Of a DNA stretch of 64,000 bases, positions 36,528 through 45,034 are shown one piece after another; positions within the stretch are counted from its first letter, which is position 1; each line of letters begins with the position of its first letter. The position numbers and the translations under genes were made by a program. The DNA comes from an uncultured Burkholderiales bacterium (GTDB lineage Bacteria > Pseudomonadota > Gammaproteobacteria > Burkholderiales > Burkholderiaceae_E), in NCBI GenBank assembly GCA_937872345.1, contig CALMSQ010000253.1, positions 5,672-69,671 on the forward strand, given 5' to 3'. The notes beneath the pieces were generated by a model that worked only from the letters and a program-made list of their open reading frames with translations, made no database searches and was not told the DNA's origin.

Positions 36528-36767
36528 TCACCGCGATTCCTTGACGTTAATGCCGGGCAGGGCGCCGTTCGTCGACTGCACCAGAGCGAGACCGGCGCCC
36601 GCCAGGGCTTCCACCAGCGCGGCTTTCGGGATGCCGATTCGCGGCGCAAGGAGATCCGCCAGCATGTCCTGGTCGGTCGGTTCGGCCATGATCGGCCCCA
36701 TGGCGGCGCGCCGGCTCACCAGCCCGGTCGGCACCTCCGGGATCATCCCGGGGAGGCGCCGCCTCAT
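36528..36767 (-). CDS. Hypothetical protein
   Basis: ATGA coupling to the upstream gene. Confidence 0.5.
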   Translation of the reverse strand: MRRRLPGMIPEVPTGLVSRRAAMGPIMAEPTDQDMLADLLAPRIGIPKAALVEALAGAGLALVQSTNGALPGINVKESR

Positions 36768-38239
36768 GGCGCGTCTCCCTCGAGCAGCACCGGCTGCGGC
36801 AGGCCACTCAGGGTCTCCGCGAAGCCGTAGCGCCAGGTCGGGGGGATCACCGCCCGGCAGATCTGGCGCATCAGGATGCGCTCGGCGCCGGCGCCGGCCT
36901 CGACCTCGAGGGGGAGGTCGCGCACCCTGACGACGTCGGCCATCCTGTCCTCGTCGAGCCGGCCGCCCCTTGTGCACTCCGCGAAGATCGTGCGCACCTT
37001 GGCGGCGACCTCGTCCCACTGGCCGATCCTGATCGCATGCACCAGGGCACCGGCCTGGGCCGCGTTGCCGGTCGCCACGTTGATGGCCGTGACCTGCCTG
37101 GCGACGTGATAGGCCAGCGGCACAGGCGCCAGCGTCCAGTACGAGGGGTCGACGAAGGTCGCCACCTTCAGAGCGGCCAGAGGCTCGGCCGCGGCGCGCT
37201 CCGGCACCGCGATCACCCTGGTCGCTGCGCGCACCTTCCGCCCCCGGATGCCGGCGACCATGTCCTCGACGAAGGCGACATGGCTGCGCAGGAAGACGAC
37301 GACCACGGACCCGCGGTCCGCCGGCAGCGCCTTGACCATCTCGAGCGTGCGGCCGCCATCGGCGCCCGGCGGGCGGACCGGACCACCATCGAGTTCCATC
37401 TCGTCATCCTCCATCCTGGTTGCTTCCCAGACCGTGCGGGCGATGCGCACCCTGTCGGCGAAGGCCTGGATCGCCGGGGTGAAGGCGCGGCGCCAGCCGC
37501 GGGTGATGGTCCACATGTCGATCGCCGCGATGAGGTGGCGCTTCGACCAGCCGTTGCGCTTGCTGCGCCCGCGGTCGACTTCCTCGAGCGTCGATCCCCT
37601 GACGATGATGTCGACCGCCGCGGCGTGGCTGATGCCCAGCGCGACCACATCGCGCGCCCAGTCGAAGTAGGCGAGTTGCAACTTGACCATCGCCTCGGCC
37701 TCGGGCCCGCCGGCGGTTGTCCTGGACTGGCGCTCGAAGGTCTGGCCCCGGATCCTGCCGATGCCGGGGATCAGCTCGGCGGCGACCTCGATCTCCTCGA
37801 AGGCCTGCTGCTGCTGCGGGTCCAGCAGCCCGACGATGATCGCGGCGGCGCGCCGGCGCCTCGTCTGGCCCAGCATCTCGCGCTTCACCTCGCCGCTGGG
37901 CGACACCCTGATGTCGCCGCGGACGACGAACTCGACGGTCGGGCTGTGCTCTTCCTGGACCCCGGCGACGGCGCGGTACTCCTCCGGCATCTTCTTCGCC
38001 ACCGCGTTGCGGCGCTGCCGGCGCTTCAGATCCTGCTCGTCGCGCTCCCTGGCCATGATGGTGTCGCGGGTGCGTTGCCAGGCCACACGCTCCGCGGCGC
38101 CATGGGGTCGCGGCCCGAGCTCCGCCATGGCGCGCTCCAGCGACCATGGTGGTGGCTTCTGCTTCTTCGGCGTCTTGCCTGCCTTGCGGGCCATTCGGGC
38201 TCCTGCGATCGCGAGGGGGATCGATTCGGTGAGGTTCAC
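36764..38239 (-). CDS. Putative late-gene regulator (central HTH) with extra C-terminal domain
   Basis: AVDIIVRGSTLEEVDR..SKRNGW HTH-like segment; last large gene before the late promoter, the usual Q-like position. Confidence 0.55.
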   Translation of the reverse strand: MNLTESIPLAIAGARMARKAGKTPKKQKPPPWSLERAMAELGPRPHGAAERVAWQRTRDTIMARERDEQDLKRRQRRNAVAKKMPEEYRAVAGVQEEHSPTVEFVVRGDIRVSPSGEVKREMLGQTRRRRAAAIIVGLLDPQQQQAFEEIEVAAELIPGIGRIRGQTFERQSRTTAGGPEAEAMVKLQLAYFDWARDVVALGISHAAAVDIIVRGSTLEEVDRGRSKRNGWSKRHLIAAIDMWTITRGWRRAFTPAIQAFADRVRIARTVWEATRMEDDEMELDGGPVRPPGADGGRTLEMVKALPADRGSVVVVFLRSHVAFVEDMVAGIRGRKVRAATRVIAVPERAAAEPLAALKVATFVDPSYWTLAPVPLAYHVARQVTAINVATGNAAQAGALVHAIRIGQWDEVAAKVRTIFAECTRGGRLDEDRMADVVRVRDLPLEVEAGAGAERILMRQICRAVIPPTWRYGFAETLSGLPQPVLLEGDAP

Positions 38240-38445
38240 AGGCCGCCTTCCATGATCAGCTTGACGCGATCGGCGACGACATCGAGCTCGAGGTCGACCA
38301 GCGCGTGGATCTGCTGCCTGATCTCGCCCTCGGCCGTTCCCTCGCCAGCGGCCATGGCGGCCATCAGCGCCTGGCGCGCCGCCGTCTGGCGAAAACTCAG
38401 GACCAGGGTGCGGCGGTTGAGCTCCGCTTCGGCGGCTGTCGTCAT
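38236..38445 (-). CDS. Hypothetical protein
   Basis: Coupled start/stop on both sides. Confidence 0.6.
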   Translation of the reverse strand: MTTAAEAELNRRTLVLSFRQTAARQALMAAMAAGEGTAEGEIRQQIHALVDLELDVVADRVKLIMEGGL

Positions 38446-38894
38446 GCGCAGCCGCTTTCCTTGGCGAACTCGACCCAGTCGGTGGTGACGCAGAGCAGCC
38501 ATCCGTCGCGATGGCTTTCGATGCACGCGACCTCCCACTCGTCGTATTCGTAGGAGGTCTTACGCCAGATACACGGCGTTCCGATCGCCATGAACTGATC
38601 TGGATCGTTGTCGTGGCGGCCGCATTCACAGGCCCACTCCGCCTTCGCCGGCTCCACCGTTTCACGATCCATCGCGGCAACTTCTTCGGCGGAATAGGAA
38701 TCCCACCGCCGGCCGGTCTCGTCGTGCACGGTGCAGGTATGGCCGTACTTGAGCTCGTGCACCCTGGTGCAGCCGCAGGCCTGCAGCGGCACCACGGCTC
38801 GAGCGACCGCCGGCACCACCGCCTCGCACACCAGGAGCGCGGCGGTCGCGCCAGCTCGAGCCAGCGTCGCGCGGCGACCGAGCGCCGCTGTCAC
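38442..38894 (-). CDS. Cys/His-rich hypothetical protein
   Basis: CGC..H..CTVH and CECG motifs; coupled. Confidence 0.6.
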   Translation of the reverse strand: MTAALGRRATLARAGATAALLVCEAVVPAVARAVVPLQACGCTRVHELKYGHTCTVHDETGRRWDSYSAEEVAAMDRETVEPAKAEWACECGRHDNDPDQFMAIGTPCIWRKTSYEYDEWEVACIESHRDGWLLCVTTDWVEFAKESGCA

Positions 38895-39232
38895 GACGGC
38901 ACCTCATCCCGGGGAGCGCGACCGTCGAACGCAGGGTGCTTCGGTATCGCGCGACTGAGTGCCGCCATCAGCGCGTCGATGTCGGCGACCATCTTCGTGC
39001 ACTGCGGGACGTCGGCCGCGAGGGCGATCCGAGAACCTTCGATGCGCTCGGCAACCTCATCGATGTGGCCGGCCAGCTGCTTGATCCGCGACACCAATGC
39101 GGACTCGATCGGATCCTCGATCGATTCGGTCATGCCGAACCGGCTGCGTACCGAGTCGACGCTTTCCCTGGCGCGGGCAACTCCGGCGGCCAGATCATCT
39201 GGAATACCAACCGTTTCACATGAAACCGTCAT
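38891..39232 (-). CDS. Hypothetical coiled-coil protein
   Basis: AAAGGA RBS; coupled stop. Confidence 0.6.
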   Translation of the reverse strand: MTVSCETVGIPDDLAAGVARARESVDSVRSRFGMTESIEDPIESALVSRIKQLAGHIDEVAERIEGSRIALAADVPQCTKMVADIDALMAALSRAIPKHPAFDGRAPRDEVPS

Positions 39233-39266
39233 GTCCGTTGTCCTTTCGTGAGTGTGCAGGTCGCGG

Positions 39267-39569
39267 TCACTTCGATACGTGGCGGAGCCGCCGGCCGGTC
39301 AGCGTGATGTCCGACATGAACTGGATCGGCGCTTTCACCGACATCGAGGTCAGCAGACCGCCGCGCTTCACGACGCCATCGACGGACCACCGCGGCGTCA
39401 GCGAGGCCTCGACGTCCAGCGCCACGACGGCATGGACGTCGAGACCTTGGTCCTGGGCCGCGTCGATCGCCTTGTTGAGGGCGGCGGCGGCGAGCACCAC
39501 GCGCTTCGCCAGGGCGTTGAGATCGTCGGCCGATTTGTACTTGTGCGGCGCCAGCCTTGGTTTCTTCAT
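39267..39569 (-). CDS. Hypothetical protein
   Basis: MKKPRLAPHK...; GAGGAGG RBS within the repeated junction. Confidence 0.65.
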   Translation of the reverse strand: MKKPRLAPHKYKSADDLNALAKRVVLAAAALNKAIDAAQDQGLDVHAVVALDVEASLTPRWSVDGVVKRGGLLTSMSVKAPIQFMSDITLTGRRLRHVSK

Positions 39570-40147
39570 GGCTGCTGTCCCTCCTCGCCTTCGCTGCGAA
39601 CCTTGCGGGCCTCTTGCCAATTCTTCTCCGGTGTCCAGATGCCGCCGCCGAATCGCTCGACTCGCATCGCGTCGGGGTGTTGCTTGGGGCGCAACGGCAT
39701 CCACTTCTGGAACTGCTGATCCAGGTCATATCGCCACTTCGCGAACCGGTGCTCTCGCCACTTCTTGAGCAACACAGCGACGCTGGCCTCGATGACGTCG
39801 CACTCTTCGGGACCAGATCTCCGAGCCAGATACCGATCAATGTCCTGCTTGATCTGGTCCATCGCACGACGTGTCCCGACGACAGCATCGTCGTCATCCA
39901 GGCCGCAGCTCGCGAGCCACAGCCGGTGCCGGAGATACTTCGCCTGGAGTTCTCGAAACTGCCTCCTGCGAATCACAAGCCAGTCAGTTGTGTTCGCGCT
40001 CCTGGCTCCCACGGCGTACAAGAGGCGGGCGATCGCAGCCGGACCCTGTCCGCATAGCGCCATCGCACAGATCAGCGGCATCCATGGCCGCAGCTGTCCC
40101 TGGTATCGAGCCAGCGGCGGCTGCTTCATGGCTGCTGTCCCTCCTCG
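39564..40147. repeat. Exact 24-bp direct repeat at two consecutive gene junctions
   Basis: CTTCATGGCTGCTGTCCCTCCTCG at 39564-39587 and 40124-40147. Confidence 0.9.
39566..40129 (-). CDS. Hypothetical protein
   Basis: MKQPPLARY...EEGQQP; bounded by the 24-bp repeats. Confidence 0.65.
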   Translation of the reverse strand: MKQPPLARYQGQLRPWMPLICAMALCGQGPAAIARLLYAVGARSANTTDWLVIRRRQFRELQAKYLRHRLWLASCGLDDDDAVVGTRRAMDQIKQDIDRYLARRSGPEECDVIEASVAVLLKKWREHRFAKWRYDLDQQFQKWMPLRPKQHPDAMRVERFGGGIWTPEKNWQEARKVRSEGEEGQQP

Positions 40148-40323
40148 GGATCGACCGGCTTGCTCGGCTTGGGATACGGGTTCTCGATCCTGAGTTCCTC
40201 GGCGCAGGCCGCCATCTGGGAAAGGAAGACCTCGCGATCCTCGGGCAGGAGACCGAAGCGTTTCGCCCGGGCATGCGACAGCCGCTGCTTCAGCGCCTTG
40301 TCCCTGTCGAACAGCCCGCTCAT
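40126..40323 (-). CDS. Hypothetical protein
   Basis: 65 aa ending EEGQQP; coupled. Confidence 0.65.
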   Translation of the reverse strand: MSGLFDRDKALKQRLSHARAKRFGLLPEDREVFLSQMAACAEELRIENPYPKPSKPVDPEEGQQP

Positions 40324-40706
40324 GTGCCGTCACCGCCGCGGCTGGCCTGCTGCGCCTTCCAGGCCAGGTATTCCTCGTCCTTGTCGCTTCTGGCGCCGTG
40401 CATGACGTGGGTGCCGAGGTCATCGATGCGCACGACACGGAAGGGCTTGTCGCAGGACTCGCAGCACGCCTTGACCCCGGCGCGCAGGGTCTTGAGCTCG
40501 GCCACGGTCTCGTCGCGCTCGTCGAGCCGCAGCGGCTTCGGTCCCTCGCCGCGATGCTCGCGTTGCCGCCGCTGCAGATCCCGGACGATGGCGCGCTCCA
40601 CGGCGTCTGACCATGAGCCCCCGGTCTTGGCCTGGCACCACGGGCAGCGCACCTCGGTGTCCCTGTGCACCGGCAATTCGCCGGCTTCGTCGCGGATCGT
40701 GCTCAT
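40320..40706 (-). CDS. Zinc-finger protein
   Basis: CPWC and CESC pairs; coupled to the initiator. Confidence 0.65.
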   Translation of the reverse strand: MSTIRDEAGELPVHRDTEVRCPWCQAKTGGSWSDAVERAIVRDLQRRQREHRGEGPKPLRLDERDETVAELKTLRAGVKACCESCDKPFRVVRIDDLGTHVMHGARSDKDEEYLAWKAQQASRGGDGT

Positions 40707-41848
40707 GCGTCGGCCTGTCGAAAGCGGTATTTGACGAGCAGCTCGCGCGGCGCATCGCAGCCGGACTCGTCGGGCCTCGGCCCCCAGCTCTCGGCGTGCC
40801 AGAACGGCTTGCGCCGCGCCGGGCTGTCGGGATCCTGCCTGTCCAGGGCGACGCGGTAGTCGCTGAGCAGCTTCTCCCACGACACGCCGCCATGCCGTGG
40901 CGCCGGCGCTGTCGCCACGGTGCTGCGGCCCGCCGCGACGGGCCGGTGACCGATGGCGGTGACGAACTCCTCGATGATCGCGGTGAAGTAGTTCAGCGAC
41001 TGCGGCGCCACGTAGCGCGTCCGCGCCGCGGCCGCTCGGATTGCGGGCTCGATCTGGGTGTCGATGTTCCAGCCCCTGGCAATCCAGGCCTCGACGACCT
41101 TGCGGTCATCCCGTGCACGGCCCCTGTCGAGCCCGGCGATATCGCAGGCCAGCAGGCCGGCGCGCTCGACGTCGAAGCCGGCCCGTGCCTTCTCCCCCTC
41201 ATCGATCAGATCAGGCGCGGCGCGGCGATCATCGACGGGCTCGCTCGCCGTACCGGGACTCGGTGCTGCGCTATAGGATTCTTGAAGAACTGAAGACTGA
41301 AGAATAGAAGGGCCAGACCTGTTGCCGGCACCGTTGCCACGCGTATTGCCAGTTCGTTTGCCAGCAGAGTTGCCAGCGGGTTGCCGTGGCAAATCCTCAT
41401 TCTCTGTTTTCTTTCCGTGGGTTGCGTCGGCCCCTCTTGTCCCTGCCTTCGACCGCTTCAACGACAGGGCGTGATCCCTCACCATCCGGCGGCAAAACAG
41501 GACCTTTCGTCGGTCGATTCCTGCCGTCTTCGTGGCGACGAGCTCGGCGATCAGCGGCTCCAGCTCGGCCGCCGGCTTGCCGACGACGCCCGCCAGGCTC
41601 TCCGCGAGGTGGGCGCGATCGCAGGGCTTGCCGGGGACCTCGACATAGCCCGGACGGGCCGCGCAGCGGGCGGCGATCGGCAGCATGTGCACGGCCCACA
41701 GGCCCTGCGCGGCCAGCGAGCACGCGTTGAGCTCGGGGTCGCCGTCGAGGTCGTTCCAGAACATGCGGGAGGAGGGGTTCTTGGTCCCCAGCCGGCTCTT
41801 CTGGCCTCCGCTGCCGCTGGTGCTGGTGGTCTCGTCGTCAGGCTGCAT
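40703..41848 (-). CDS. Phage replication initiator protein (O-like)
   Basis: FWNDLDGDPELNACSLAAQGLW...FCRRMVRD N-terminal domain; central iteron block; C-terminal PQSLNYF and W..ESWGPRP. Confidence 0.8.
   Translation of the reverse strand: MQPDDETTSTSGSGGQKSRLGTKNPSSRMFWNDLDGDPELNACSLAAQGLWAVHMLPIAARCAARPGYVEVPGKPCDRAHLAESLAGVVGKPAAELEPLIAELVATKTAGIDRRKVLFCRRMVRDHALSLKRSKAGTRGADATHGKKTENEDLPRQPAGNSAGKRTGNTRGNGAGNRSGPSILQSSVLQESYSAAPSPGTASEPVDDRRAAPDLIDEGEKARAGFDVERAGLLACDIAGLDRGRARDDRKVVEAWIARGWNIDTQIEPAIRAAAARTRYVAPQSLNYFTAIIEEFVTAIGHRPVAAGRSTVATAPAPRHGGVSWEKLLSDYRVALDRQDPDSPARRKPFWHAESWGPRPDESGCDAPRELLVKYRFRQADA
41278..41415. promoter_or_regulatory. Putative replication origin (iterons plus lower-GC segment) inside the initiator gene
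   Basis: TTGCC at 41322, 41334, 41346, 41358, 41370 (12-bp period) and 41381; inverted GGCAA at 41388; adjacent GAAGA repeats. Confidence 0.75.
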
Positions 41849-42863
41849 CGGCTGGCCTCCCGTCGGGCTGCGGGGCTGCGACGGCGGCCATGGTGACGAG
41901 GCGCCGGTACTTCCGGGCGATGTCGTCGTCGCTGCCGATCTCGGACCGTGCCTTGGCCAAAGCGGTGCCGACCGAGCTGCGGTCCCTGCGCAGCACGGCG
42001 CCGATGACGCACATCGAGAAACCGCAGGCGTCGTAGAGGACGGCGATGATGAGCCGGCGCGCCAGGGGAGCCGGATCCTGCCGGCGCGTCGGGCTGATGA
42101 TCACATCCCTGCCGATCCGGAAGATGACCTCGGCGCACCGGGCCAACTTCCTCAAGGCCCGGCGCGCCGGCTCCTCGACGGCGTGGCGACGCGCGGCAAG
42201 ACGCGCCGCCCTGGCCTGTGCCTTCTTCTGGCGTTCCGCGGCCTCGATGTCGGCGCGATCGACGAGGAAGCGCCGCCAGTCCGGGTCGATGAGCTTCTCG
42301 AGCGCGGCCTCGTCGCCGATGGCCAGCCGCCACTGGTTGAAGCTGTCGGCAAGGCGCCGCCTGATCCGGACGGATCCCAGCGTGGTACTGACGATGACGT
42401 TTCGATGCAGCGCATGCGCGGCGGCGCGCTTCGCCTTGATCGCGGGGTCAGCGTTGATGCGGAGCATCGCCGCGCGCTTCATCTCACGGAATCGGGGACC
42501 GCGGTCGGGATCCTCGAGCATCGCCTTCATGCCGGCGGCGACCCTGTCCCGGCGCTCCGGATCGCTCATCCTGAGCAGCATGTCGACGCGCTGCTGTTCC
42601 CGGATCGCGGCGAGCCGCACCGGATCGGCGGCGAGCTCGGCGTTGTACTTCAGCATCGCCTCGCGCCGCGCCTGCTTCGTTTCAGGCGTCGTCCGCCGGC
42701 GGGGCGCGGCCTGGATGCGGGCCAGGTATTCCGGGTCCTGGCGCAGCCGGGCCAGCCGTTCCCGCCCCTCCGCCAGGATGCGATCCTTGACGTCAGGATG
42801 AACCAGAACGGCACCGTGCCGGATACGCGGTCCCTTCTGGGTCTGGATGATCTCCCCCGACAT
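41838..42863 (-). CDS. Protein with C-terminal DnaA domain IV-like HTH
   Basis: IISPTRRQD..LARRLII......GFSMCVIGAVLRRDRSSV. Confidence 0.7.
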   Translation of the reverse strand: MSGEIIQTQKGPRIRHGAVLVHPDVKDRILAEGRERLARLRQDPEYLARIQAAPRRRTTPETKQARREAMLKYNAELAADPVRLAAIREQQRVDMLLRMSDPERRDRVAAGMKAMLEDPDRGPRFREMKRAAMLRINADPAIKAKRAAAHALHRNVIVSTTLGSVRIRRRLADSFNQWRLAIGDEAALEKLIDPDWRRFLVDRADIEAAERQKKAQARAARLAARRHAVEEPARRALRKLARCAEVIFRIGRDVIISPTRRQDPAPLARRLIIAVLYDACGFSMCVIGAVLRRDRSSVGTALAKARSEIGSDDDIARKYRRLVTMAAVAAPQPDGRPADAA

Positions 42864-42870
42864 CGCTCGG

Positions 42871-44250
42871 CTACTCCGCTGCCTTCATGAGACGCAGCCC
42901 GGCGACGACGCGGCGCAACTCGAGCAGCCCGATGATCTCGGCGCCCCGGATCCGCCACTGCGGGACCTGCGAGCCCGCGATCTGGTCCAGCGTGAAGCCG
43001 GCACGACGCACGGCCTTCGCGAGATCGGGACCGTCCAGCGCCATCACGAGCCGGTCGGGCTCGCCATCGGGCAGCGGCGGTCCCGCCGGCTTCACCGCCG
43101 CCGGTGGCGCCGCAGCGCTCTTGCGCGCCAGGAAGTCGCCGACGCCATCGATGGCCTGCTGGCGCGCCGGCGAGAACGACTTCGCCGCTGGCGCGACCGG
43201 CGCCGGCACGGGAGCCGGCTTCGATGATGGTGTTGTCAATCTGGTCTGGCGCGCCGCCCTGCGCCTCGGATCGTCGGCGATGCCGAGACCCGCCGCGGCG
43301 GCAGCGACGGTGCCGGGCTCCATCGCGAAGGCGGCACCGATGAACTCGGCGTTGTCACCCCGCAACCAGGCCTCGGTGAATCGCCTGGTCTTGTCCTCCG
43401 ACCACGCACGATGGTGGTTCGTCTGGATCTTCTCCGCCTTCACCGCATCCACGGTGCCGGCGGGAGCCGTTTGAGCGGGCCGGACCCAGCGGTACTTGGC
43501 GGCGAGGTTGTAGAACGTCTGCTTCGTGACGTTGAGCTCGGCGGCCAGCGTCGCCACTCGCTCGCCGGCCTCGTAGCGTGGCCGGTACTTCTCGGCTTCT
43601 TCGGCCGGGATGCTGCCCAGCCCGCGGGGGGTATCGGACACCGGCTTCGGCGCGGCGTCGCGGTCAGCGGCGATCTCGGCCAGGATCGGCGTGTGCGCCA
43701 TCGTCTCTGCGGCTTCAGCGACCGGCTCGATCTCCGTGCCGGGGGCGGCATCGGCGACCGCAGGCGGAAGTGCAACGGCTGGGCCTGGAGAGGTGGCCGC
43801 CGTTCCTCCAACGTCATCTGCACGGTCGCCTCGTCCGATCACCCCGGACGCCGCCCCCGACTCCTGCGCCGGCGCGCTGACACGCCAGCCATTCCTGGCG
43901 ATCACGCCGCGGATCGTCGTCAGCGCCACCTTGGTCGCCCTCGAGATCGCGCCGACGCTCGCCTTCGTCTTCGCCATGCGCTCGATCGTGGCGAGCTCAT
44001 CTGGTGTGAGGACGCGGTTCGGCGGTTTCGGCGCCGCCTTCGGTGCGCCGGGGAGGCCGAGGACGCGGCGCTCCTCGCGTTCCATCTCGAGCAGGGCGAC
44101 GTGCATCTTGCGGGCGTAGGCAACCGCCATGTCGAGGCCGTTGCCATCGGTCGGCTTCATGACCTTGATCGCAACGGCGACGCAGCGCTCCGCCTGGCTG
44201 ATCGGCGCTTCCGCTGCAGAGTCCGGGATCTGGTGGGCTGTCTGTTCCAT
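42871..44250 (-). CDS. Multi-HTH regulator including a GcrA-like domain
   Basis: Three HTH-like segments: SVGAISRATKVALTTIR; VATLAAELNVTKQTFYN; WSEDKTRRFTEAWLRG..AEFIG. Confidence 0.65.
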   Translation of the reverse strand: MEQTAHQIPDSAAEAPISQAERCVAVAIKVMKPTDGNGLDMAVAYARKMHVALLEMEREERRVLGLPGAPKAAPKPPNRVLTPDELATIERMAKTKASVGAISRATKVALTTIRGVIARNGWRVSAPAQESGAASGVIGRGDRADDVGGTAATSPGPAVALPPAVADAAPGTEIEPVAEAAETMAHTPILAEIAADRDAAPKPVSDTPRGLGSIPAEEAEKYRPRYEAGERVATLAAELNVTKQTFYNLAAKYRWVRPAQTAPAGTVDAVKAEKIQTNHHRAWSEDKTRRFTEAWLRGDNAEFIGAAFAMEPGTVAAAAAGLGIADDPRRRAARQTRLTTPSSKPAPVPAPVAPAAKSFSPARQQAIDGVGDFLARKSAAAPPAAVKPAGPPLPDGEPDRLVMALDGPDLAKAVRRAGFTLDQIAGSQVPQWRIRGAEIIGLLELRRVVAGLRLMKAAE

Positions 44251-44274
44251 GTGGCGCGCGGTGCTCTGGGGGTC

Positions 44275-45030
44275 TCAGTGGGCGAGGAAGGCGATGTTGC
44301 GGCGGGCCTGCCAGCACAGGCCGCATGTGGCGCAGCAGGCCGTGGCCTCGGTCTGCGCCGGGCACACGATGGCGCCATCGACGGTCGGCCCGTCGGGGTG
44401 CTGGTACAGCGTGCGGGTCGCCCGCTCGGCGTGCGGGCCGTTCGACGTGCGGACCGCGAAGCGATGCCAGTGCCGGTCGCTGGCATCGCGGAGCATGGCG
44501 CCGATCGGGCTCGAGGCCGGCCAGGCGGTGTAGCCGAAGACGCGCAGCGCCGGGATCCGGCGCAGCCAGGACAACCAGCGGCGGACATAGGCGACGGAGT
44601 AGAAGTCGCCGAGGACATGGGTTCTGACGACGAAGCCCAGCGGATGCTGGCGCGCCAGCACGCGGAGATTGGAGCCCAGCGCCCACTCCAGCGGCGCACC
44701 ATGATGGAGCCGCTCGACGAACGGCATCTTGTTGCCGAAGCAGTCCTTCCAGTGCAGGCAGGACCGCGGGCAGGTCGCGCGCTCCTCGAGCGTCAGCGTG
44801 AAGATCGGCATCCCGGCCCAGCGGCCCTTCAGCACCACCGCCCCGATCTTGCGGTTGTTGTGCCCCGACTTCAGGACGCGGCCGACCAGCCCGGGGGCCC
44901 GCGTCGTCGCCGGGTACCGAGTCGTGGCGTTGACCACGGCGTGATGGTCGGGCTCGAGCCGGTCGATCTTCACGAACGCCGGCGTGTGCTCGCTGAAGCG
45001 CCGCATCATGGTGCTGGTGGCGGAGATCAT
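44275..45030 (-). CDS. Gp88-like / radical-SAM-like Cys-rich protein
   Basis: TCPRSC...KDCF, VRTHVLGDF, VFGYT and C-terminal CPAQ...CATCGLCW. Confidence 0.7.
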   Translation of the reverse strand: MISATSTMMRRFSEHTPAFVKIDRLEPDHHAVVNATTRYPATTRAPGLVGRVLKSGHNNRKIGAVVLKGRWAGMPIFTLTLEERATCPRSCLHWKDCFGNKMPFVERLHHGAPLEWALGSNLRVLARQHPLGFVVRTHVLGDFYSVAYVRRWLSWLRRIPALRVFGYTAWPASSPIGAMLRDASDRHWHRFAVRTSNGPHAERATRTLYQHPDGPTVDGAIVCPAQTEATACCATCGLCWQARRNIAFLAH

Positions 45031-45034
45031 GCGC

